Source of the DNA: the human T2T-CHM13v2.0 reference genome, Homo sapiens
NCBI RefSeq assembly: GCF_009914755.1
Contig: NC_060936.1
DNA: 64,000 nucleotides
Strand: one strand, 5' to 3'
Made by a program: the position numbers and the translations under genes. Shown one piece after another: positions 54,470 to 64,000 of this stretch; within the stretch, counting starts at the first letter, position 1; the number at the start of each line of letters is the position of its first letter. Below the pieces are notes generated by a model. That model saw nothing but the letters and a program-made list of their open reading frames with translations. It made no database searches and was not told the DNA's origin.

Positions 54470-54625
54470 GACTTGGATTGGTTTAGACCTAGAAGGAAGT
54501 GGCATTTGATTGGTTATTATAAGTGAAAAGGGCCCCTCCCCGGGTGAGATATGCCAGCCCCATAATTAGGACCTGAAAATCTCTGCCAGGCCTGCCTTTG
54601 TGACGTGGCCCAGTCTACCTCAGCT
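54470..54625 (+). promoter_or_regulatory. H1-7 proximal promoter / 5'UTR
   Basis: Two inverted CCAAT boxes (gattgg, ~54476 and ~54508), TATA-like ttataag ~54517, and CRE-like TGACGT at 54601-54606, consistent with CREM-type spermatid genes (inference). Confidence 0.5.
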
Positions 54626-55393
54626 ATGGAACAGGCCTTGACTGGTGAGGCCCAAAGCCGGTGGCCCCGCAGAGGCGGGAGTGGGGCCATGGCTGAGGCG
54701 CCTGGGCCCAGTGGCGAATCCCGAGGACACTCAGCCACTCAGCTGCCAGCGGAAAAAACTGTCGGGGGACCATCGAGGGGCTGCTCAAGCTCCGTGCTCA
54801 GAGTGTCCCAGTTGGTGCTCCAGGCCATCTCCACTCACAAAGGGCTGACTCTGGCAGCTCTCAAGAAGGAGCTCCGAAACGCCGGCTACGAAGTGCGCAG
54901 GAAGAGCGGCCGCCACGAAGCGCCCAGGGGGCAGGCCAAGGCCACGCTCCTCCGGGTCAGCGGCAGCGACGCCGCCGGCTACTTCAGGGTCTGGAAGGTT
55001 CCCAAGCCCAGGAGAAAGCCGGGACGCGCGAGGCAAGAGGAGGGCACGCGCGCTCCCTGGAGGACCCCAGCCGCGCCCCGGAGCTCCCGGAGGCGCCGCC
55101 AGCCCCTTCGCAAGGCGGCCAGGAAGGCCAGAGAAGTGTGGAGACGGAACGCGAGGGCGAAAGCCAAGGCCAATGCCAGGGCGAGGAGGACCAGGAGGGC
55201 AAGGCCGAGAGCCAAGGAGCCGCCGTGTGCCAGAGCCAAGGAGGAAGCGGGAGCGACAGCGGCAGACGAGGGGCGAGGACAGGCCGTGAAGGAAGACACC
55301 ACGCCGAGGTCAGGGAAGGACAAGAGGCGAAGCTCCAAGCCCAGGGAAGAGAAGCAGGAGCCCAAGAAGCCCGCACAGCGGACCATCCAGTAG
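54626..55393 (+). CDS. H1-7: Testis-specific linker histone H1.7 (H1T2/HANP1), single exon, 255 aa
   Basis: ATG at 54626 gives [32 protein letters not shown]..., an H1 globular-like core ([31 protein letters not shown]) and an R/K/A-rich tail, ending at TAG 55391-55393. CpG-rich. A second in-frame ATG with strong Kozak context (gccATGG) lies at 54689. Recognised as H1FNT/H1-7. Confidence 0.96.
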   Translation: MEQALTGEAQSRWPRRGGSGAMAEAPGPSGESRGHSATQLPAEKTVGGPSRGCSSSVLRVSQLVLQAISTHKGLTLAALKKELRNAGYEVRRKSGRHEAPRGQAKATLLRVSGSDAAGYFRVWKVPKPRRKPGRARQEEGTRAPWRTPAAPRSSRRRRQPLRKAARKAREVWRRNARAKAKANARARRTRRARPRAKEPPCARAKEEAGATAADEGRGQAVKEDTTPRSGKDKRRSSKPREEKQEPKKPAQRTIQ

Positions 55394-57027
55394 CCAACGC
55401 GGGCTAAAACCGACCGGACATCTAGCGGGCAGGGGAAGACTCCACTAAAGACTTCCACAAAGACCTCCCCTAAATCTGAAGGTCTTCCTGATCCAGTTGG
55501 GAATGCATCTTGTGGGAGCAGCTTCACTCCCACCACGGACCAATGCCTTTCCCCCATAGGCCCCAAGAAGAGCGGCTGTCACACTCATTGAAATGAAATG
55601 GACCTCTAGACCACCTTGTGTCTGTTTCCTCTTTGCCGCACCTGGAAGGGAAGGGGTGGGTGGTGGTAACGTTCAGTGAAGACAGTAAATTAGCTGAGAT
55701 TCTGTTCCTGCTGCAGAACTCAGAGAAATGTCTTTTAGAAGGAGAGAAAACAGAGGAAAACCAGCAGCTTAACAAGTGTTGAAGTATTGTTAGATACTCT
55801 AGCAAATCCAAATTGAGTTCTGGGGAGGAAGGCATGTTGGGAAAAGAGTAGACAGTCTTTAAGTTGAGTGGTCCCACTGATTCAAAGTGTTCTTACCTGA
55901 AATTCCTTTTAGGACAAAGTCCTCCCAAAATTGATTATAATGAGTTTGTAGTTTTTGCCTTGAATTGATAACCTATTTTAATTTAAAAGATATTCTTATG
56001 TCAATCCTCAGTTAAATAAGTGTATGAAAGCATCCAGCATAGGGCCTGGCATAGGATAGGTACTCATCACTGAGAGTTAAATATGTGTATAATTAATTCC
56101 CGATGGAGTGGTAATGTGCTATAGCAGAAAACTGCTGGACCACTATGTAGTAAGACCAAGATTCTAGTCAAAGTTCTGCTAGTCTGACCTTTGCTGAGTT
56201 ATTTCTTAACCATTCATGGTCTTGGTTTTCTTCTCAGTAAAATGTTGGGATTGAGCTAAGATGATTTCTAGGTGATTTAAATGTCAGTAAAATGAAAAGG
56301 GGACTTAAACATCATGGCATAATGGTTTTCTTGACAAAATTCAGCAATAAGGAAATTATCTTCTGAGAAAGTGCCAACTCCTAAAGAGGAAATTATGAAG
56401 ATTGACAGATTGCATAGCACAAATACAAGGAGATGGAGAAGGCTAGATAATGAATAGGTCTTTTGCTTTTCTTAACAATAACAACATGTATTGAGCACTG
56501 TGTAACAAGTATGAAACAAATGTATGATTTTAGTTCTGAATGCAGGGGTTAAGAAAAGTGCAGGAGTAGTTCTCATGCCATAGGCTGACAGGACACAAAT
56601 GATTCCTCGGGAAGTAAAACGTCAAATTAGCTGATTGAAGGAAAGAGTAGCTGTTTTCAGCCGAAGTCAAAGGAATGGGGACATGGAAGCGGCTGGGAAG
56701 TACTTTGTATTCTTAAAGAGGTAAAAGTGGCAGTGGGAAGGTATTAGAACCTCCTGGGAGCTTTCTCCAGGTACACCTGACCAAGCTTTTCCTCAGGAGA
56801 GTCTTATATCTCCTACAAGCGGCAACAGGGTATGTGTATTTAAAACAGACCAAAAAAAAAAAAAAACACCAAAAAACCACCCTTAAGTGATGCTAATATT
56901 TACCCTTTCACACCCTTGAGAATCACTGCTTTAAGCCTATGCAAAGCCTAGTAACCGCAGAATTCTTGCAGCATTATCTCATCTATAGATGATCAGAACT
57001 TGACATTTCCCCATGTTGTAATTAAGT

Positions 57028-59208
57028 TTATTTTTTTTTTTAATTTATTTTTTTATTGATAATTCTTGGGTGTTTCTCACAGAGGGGGATTTGGCAGGGT
57101 CATGGGACAATAGTGGAGGGAAGGTCAGCAGATAAACAAGTGAACAAAGGTCTCTGGTTTTCCTAGGCAGAGGACCCTGCGGCCTTCCGCAGTGTTTGTG
57201 TCCCTGGGTACTTGAGATTAGGGAGTGGTGATGACTCTTAACCAGCATGTTGCCTTCAAGCATCTGTTTAACAAAGCACATCTTGCACCGCCCTTAATCC
57301 ATTTAACCCTGAGTGGACACAGCACATGTTTCAGAGAGCACAGGGTTGGGGGTAAGGTCACAGATCAACAGGATCCCAAGGCAGAGGAATTTTTCTTAGT
57401 GCAGAACAAAATGAAAAGTCTCCCATGTCTACTTCTTTCTACACAGACACGGCAACCATCCGATTTCTCAATCTTTTCCCCACCTTTCCCGCCTTTCTAT
57501 TCCACAAAGCCGCCATTGTCATCCTGGCCCGTTCTCAATGAGCTGTTGGGCACACCTCCCAGACGGGGTGGTGGCCGGGCAGAGGGGCTCCTCACTTCCC
57601 AGTAGGGGCGGCCGGGCAGAGGCGCCCCTCACCTCCCGGACGGGGCGGCTGGCCAGGCAGGGGGGCCGACCCCCCCCCCCCACCTCCCTCCCGGACGGGG
57701 CGGCTGGCCGGGCAGAGGGGCTCCTCACTTCCCAGTAGGGGCGGCCAGGCAGAGGCGCCCCTCACCTCCCGGACAGGGCGGCTGGCTGGGCGGGGGGGCT
57801 GACCCCCTCCACCTCCCTCCCGGACGGGGCGGCTGGCCGGGCAGAGGGGCTCCTCACTTCCCAGTAGGGGCGGCCGGGCAGAGGCGCCCCTCACCTCCCG
57901 GACGGGGCGGCTGGCCGGGCAGGGGGGCCGACCCCCCCCACCTCCCTCCCGGACGGGGCGGCTGGCCGGGCGGGGGGCCGACCCCCCCACCTCCCTCCCG
58001 GACGGGGCGGCTGGCCGGGCGGGGGGGCCGACCCCCCCACCTCCCTCCCGGACGGGGCGGCTGGCCGGGCAGGGGGCCGACCCCCCCACCTCCCTCCCGG
58101 ACGGGGCGGCTGGCCGGGCAGAGGGGCTCCTCACCTCCCAGACGGGGCGGCTGGCCGGGCGGAGGGCTGACGCCCCCACCTCCCTCCCGGACAGGGCGGC
58201 TGGCCGGGCGGGGGGCTGACCCCCCACCTCCCTCCCGGACGGGGCGGCTGGCCGGGTGGGGGGGCTGACCCCCCCATCTCCCTCCCGGACGGGGTGGCTG
58301 GCCGGGCTGAGGGGCTCCTCACTTCCCAGTAGGGGCGGCCGGGCAGAGGCGCCCCTCACCTCCCGGACGGGGCGGCTGGCCGGGCGGGGGGCTGACCCCC
58401 CCACCTCCCTCCCGGACGGCACGGCTGGCCAGGCGGGGGGCTGACCCCCCCACCTCCCTCCCGGATGGCACGGCTGGCCGGGCGGGGGGGCTGACCCCCC
58501 ACCTCCCTCCCGGATGGGGCGGCTGGCCGGGCGGGGGGCTGACCCCCCCCACCTCCCTCCCGGACGGGGTGGCTGCCCGGCGGAGACGCTCCTCACTTCC
58601 CAGATGGGGTGGCTGCCAGGCGGAGAGGCTCCTCACTTCTCAGACGGGGTGGTTGCCAGGCAGAGGGTCTCCTCACTTCTCAGACGGGGCGGCCGGGCAG
58701 AGACGCTCCTCACCTCCCAGACGGGGTCTCGGCCGGGCAGAGGCGCTCCTCACATCCCAGATGGGGCGGCGGGGCAGAGGCGCTCCCCACATCTCAGACG
58801 ATGGGCGGCCGGGCAGAGACGCTCCTCACTTCCTAGATGTGATGGCGGCTGGGAAGAGGCGCTCCTCACTTCCTAGATGGGATGGCGGCCGGGCGGAGAC
58901 GCTCCTCACTTTCCAGACTGGGCAGCCAGGCAGAGGGGATCCTCACATCCCAGACGATGGGCGGCCAGGCAGAGACACTCCTCACTTCCCAGACGGGGTG
59001 GCAGCTGGGCAGAGGCTGCAATCTCGGCACTTTGGGAGGCCAAGGCAGGCGGCTGCTCCTTGCCCTCGGGCCCCGCGGGGCCCGTCCGCTCCTCCAGCCG
59101 CTGCCTCCCTGGCGGCGCCGGCGCGCTCGCCGGCGCGGCGGCAAAGACTGAGACAGCTCCGCTGCCCGCTGAACTCCATCCTCCCGGCGGTCGGGCGGCG
59201 GCGGCTGC
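57028..59208 (-). mobile_element. SVA_F1 (MAST2-SVA) retrotransposon
   Basis: Poly-A and AATAAA ~57028-57057, SINE-R ~57058-57545, GC-rich VNTR ~57546-58990, short Alu-like remnant to 59052. No CCCTCT hexamer; 59053-59208 instead encodes MAST2 exon-1 peptides QPPPPDRREDGVQRAAELSQSLPPRRRA / PPGRQRLEERTGPAGPEGKEQ. Confidence 0.95.
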
Positions 59209-59253
59209 CAAGTCTTTTTCATTGTTACCAATCTAATAGGTAATATTTCCTCA

Positions 59254-59764
<511 letters not shown>

Positions 59765-60074
59765 CTAATTGCTAGTAATGTGCTCATTTGGTGCTAGAGC
59801 CTGAAGTAGCTAGAACTACATGTCTACTTTACAAGGCAAGGCAGAAAGCAGACATGCAGTGAGTTTTGGCTAAACCGGTTGGGTCAACTATCTTTGCAGC
59901 ACCGTAATTAAGTTTATTATGCACGTGAATGCGAGTGGAAGAATGCCTCTGAAAAGAGGCAATGAGAAAATCAAACATTGTCTATTGAACACAATTAGAA
60001 TAATCAAGTGCCTTGATGATAGCCAGATGTATTACCCCCTTTATAGTCTTAGGATGTTTTTACCTAAAGAAACA

Positions 60075-60657
60075 GTGAGAGAGGAGGCAATTAGAGGCTG
60101 GCTAGGTAGATAGAGAAGGAGGTTCTTGGGAGAGAGACAGCGCCGGTGGGACCGCACCTGTACCCTCCCTATGGTGTAACTAGCAGATGGAAATGTAGTT
60201 AAGAATTTCCTCTCATACCAGGATGTCTGCTCAGAAGGGACTGTCCCAACTTAGGCACAGGCACCATAAATCAACTAAATGTCCTGAACATGACCCAGAG
60301 CTAATTGTAATATCATTAGCACTGTGGTTTGGGCGCCTCCCCCCCACCATGGGTTTCGCTAAGGTGCTTGGGTAATAACCAAGATGGAATCACTATGGTG
60401 CAACACCCCTGGGGGAACTTTACCCCTCCCATTATGACAGAACCCACAGAAGACTTCTTTTGCCACATAAAAAACCCAGAACTCAGCCTCATTTCTGACA
60501 ACCCACTTTTGAGTCCCCTCTTGCTGCTAAGAGCTTTTCTGTTGCTTAGTAAATTCTACTCTGCCTTACTTACTCTCTGGTGTCTGCTTGCCTTCTTCTT
60601 GGTCATGGGACAAGAACTCAGACCTCGCTAAACAAAGGAGTTAAGAAGGCTGCAATA
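60075..60657 (+). mobile_element. ERV1-class solo LTR
   Basis: tgaga start, cataaaaa TATA-like ~60466, agtaaa poly-A signal ~60548, gacaagaactcagacc end motif. Confidence 0.7.
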
Positions 60658-62844
60658 CTAGGTGGTCTAGTATTAGCCTTTTTCCTCTAAGGTAGGATGG
60701 GAATGATACTGGGAACAATTTGTTTTCTAGATTTCCTAAAAATCATCACACTTATATTTGTTTTATGATGGTTTCTTCATTTCAAACTTTCATTCATTCA
60801 GCAAAATGTATCCAATTTATTAAGTGCCCACCATATGCAAGAACAGTAGCAGACATGAGAGACCCAGACCTTGACCTTATATAGCTAACGATGCTCATTT
60901 CAGATTATTTTTCATTGATAAGCTTTAGGGTGGCTGTACTCCGATGAAATATAAGAAATGACCATGTCTCATTAGCAAGCCACACAGATTGTGAAGATCA
61001 TAATGTTGGCTGGGTACTCAGCCAGAGGCATTCCCAAGAACAGCTAATCTCATCCCTAGTATTCATTCCTTAATGACTAAGTGCCTGCAAGATTCTAGGC
61101 CCTGTGCTGAGAATACTAAAATGGATAAAACATAATCTCCACCTTTCTGAGCTCACATTTGAGTGAGACATTTGGGTATTTAACTTTAGTCAAAGCAAAT
61201 TGAATGACCCTGACCTCAATTCTTTGCTTTTCTTTTACCTCAACTGCTTAGTGTAATGCTGATCACATCATTGTTGGATTTGAGTTGTAACGAATGTTCA
61301 ATGTCCTCTAGAACAAATATTCAATGGTTGTTTGAAAAACACTTAACAGAAACAAAAATGTCCTTTTAAAAACATGAAAAGGTCCAATTTAGAAATGCAT
61401 GTTTAAACTATACTACACATAAATACCAAAAAAATAGTATTTTTAATCAGATGGGCAAAAATCCAAATGTTCAAGAGCCTACTCTACTGGTAAGGCTGTG
61501 GGGAAACAGGCACTCATATACAGTGTTGGTGGGAGTTTATACCATCCCCGTGCCTGCCAGATTTCTAGCTAGTGGGCAGTCATAGTGGCTGTGTTTCTCT
61601 TTTCCCTTTTCTCAATTCCCTTACCTCCTTCCCTTTTTGGTGATGGAAAAGACCAGACTCCAAGTGGCTGAGGGGAAGCGAGAGTGAACACAAGAAAATA
61701 AGGAAACTTATGAGGCCCAAGGGCAACAAAACAATCTGGCTGGGGTAAGGAAAGCTGCAAGGCATCTGAAGATCATCCCCTAAGCAATAGGCTTGAGGCT
61801 TTTTAAGGCAACTCCTGTAGAGGAGGAGCCACGCCTTTGACTTTCACTCAACACAGGCCCTTCCTGTCCAAGAGGGGAGGCTTTGTCACTGAGTTAATGG
61901 ACAGTGGCTTCCGACCCTACCTCCACACCTGCTTTTCCATGTTTTCTCCTCCAACCATTTCCTACCCTATCCTCTCAATCTCAGGAATATCCAGTTATTG
62001 CAAACATGCCTCTAAGGGGTCAAGTCACACTCACTACCGCCACCACTTGGTGGCTCCACTCAACAGATCTTCACTCAACAGTTCAGCACTCAACAGATCT
62101 TCAAGAGCAGGGTCAGCCCTTGTAGGGCCTTGAAACTGAGGGCCTCCTTAAACTCGTGCTGGGTGATCTCCCTAGTCCTGGCCCTGCTCAGCAGTCTGCC
62201 GCTGAAGTGCTCCCTGGGAGCAGACCACCAGCCCAATCCTCCAGCCTCTCCAGGTTGGATTGAGTGTCTGGCTGACTCAGGAGCATCACATGGGGACCAG
62301 GATGCCAGAGGGAGGTGGCGAGGCCCAACCTGTTGCTTCTGGAGGCTTATGTTTCAGGCAGTGAGACGAGTTCGTTCTCAGAAGATTCTGCGACTTATCT
62401 TCTCCCGTTCTGTGGTAGTCTTTTTTGTCAGGAGCAAAGAGCAGGAATGGAGGGAAAAGTGAAGAAGACCTAGAGAACAAATAAGTGACACAGCCAATAC
62501 ATCTTTTATTCAACTGACAGGGACCATAAGTCCCCTGTTGGGTAACCCAAGGAAGTTCACAGTTCATCAGAAGGAACCAATTCAGATAATAGCTAGAAAT
62601 CTGATAGGCACGGAGCAGTTGGGCTGCATGGCAAGTGGGCATTCATCCCCAAAGTTTCCTGGAAGAGGATGCCCAGGTGCCTGGTGGCAAGAGACAAGGC
62701 AGGAAAGTGGTGGTGGGGGAGGGCTTGGCTGAAGAACACACTGAGAGCAGGAGCAAGGGTCACATTTGATCTCCCAGGCCTGAAATTGCCAGTGCCTGGC
62801 ACATAATAAGGACACAAAAAATTGCTTGTAGAATTGAGAGTTTG

Positions 62845-63169
<325 letters not shown>

Positions 63170-64000
63170 TCACAGGAGACTGGAAGGAAGTAAATTAAAA
63201 ATGGTGAAAAGTGGAAAACAACTTTGGAAGTTACCTGATTGGAAGAAGAACCTCTAGGGAATGGAGTAGAGGGGCCAGATTTGGCAGTACTAGGCAGGGG
63301 GTGGAGTAGTGGTGGTGTCCTGTGGGAGTGTGTATGAGAAAGGGGCAGAGTGGTGAGGTGGCTGATGAACTGCTATAGCCAAGCCAAGAATTTGGAGGAT
63401 GAGAGTGGTAAGTATGAATTGACCCCTGCTTAGTAGGCTTAAAGCTGATAGAAAAGAAACTGGACAGTAGGCAGAGGAATAGGTAGTAAGTGGACTCATG
63501 ATGGAATAGAATTGGCCAGAAGCTTGAAGAGATAAACTAGAATGGAAGAAGGAATGGGGGTTGGAGAGAACAAATGCCCTTGGAAGGGCATGTTATTGCT
63601 CAGTCAGAACAAAGCAAAACTCAAACAAACAAAAAAATCTGAAAAAGAGTATGAACAAATTGTAGAGGAAGAATGCTGCCTGTTGGGAAAAAGGAGGTGG
63701 TGGCAGGAAAGAGGGAGACAGCATGAGGCCTGGAGTTGAAGAAAGTCTCAGCCTTGGGGTCTAATCTTTTGACCTTGGAGAAGACCTGTGGGCAGATTTA
63801 TAACTGTCAGTTCAGTCTGTCCTCATAGGTGCGCCTGGGAGAGGAACTGGAGGAGGTAGCAGGGTCAGAGACTGCAAGGCAGATTCCTCCCCACAGCCTG
63901 AATCTGTCAGAATCTTCTAAGCAGCAGAATGCATTTTGGGCACCATGGCTTCATTGGTTACAACCTCTACCTAGTAAGCAGAGTCTGGATTTAAATCTTG

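Noticed and set aside
54605-54625. 262-aa version of H1-7
   Set aside because: Starts at GTG; the first ATG is 54626.
54979-55566. Antisense 195-aa and 137-aa ORFs over H1-7
   Set aside because: Shadow ORFs of a GC-rich coding strand.
57519-59243. Long GC-rich ORFs (334, 224, 120 aa and others)
   Set aside because: Stop-poor SVA VNTR translations, not genes. The MAST2 peptide is a transduced fragment.
62048-62103. cactcaacag triple repeat and other short tandem arrays as CRISPR-like
   Set aside because: Simple slippage duplications in eukaryotic DNA; no unique spacers or cas genes.

Overview
Repeat-rich human genomic DNA. A human-specific AluYa5 and a MAST2-SVA (SVA_F1) indicate the species; the H1-7 gene places it at 12q13.11 from recalled annotation. 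The only intact protein-coding gene is the intronless testis linker histone H1-7 (H1FNT, + strand, 54626-55393). Most of the rest is L1, Alu, SVA, LTR, L2 and DNA-transposon sequence. Reading by eye also shows: (i) a decayed, intronless KRAB-C2H2 zinc-finger retrocopy of the ZNF557/ZNF558 type; (ii) a probable fossil intron-containing SCAN-KRAB gene downstream of a ZNF143/RFX-motif CpG promoter; (iii) an L1 copied from a spliced RNA (5'UTR intron removed precisely); (iv) a near full-length L1 with a chimeric 3' end enclosed by a single TSD; (v) an open H1-tail-like frame continuing past the H1-7 stop codon. There is no CRISPR, rRNA or tRNA. Repeat subfamily names and protein similarities come from recalled consensus sequences, not database searches, and boundaries of old repeats are approximate. 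I found no wholly new biological system; the best candidates are gene fossils and unusual retrotransposition or repair events.
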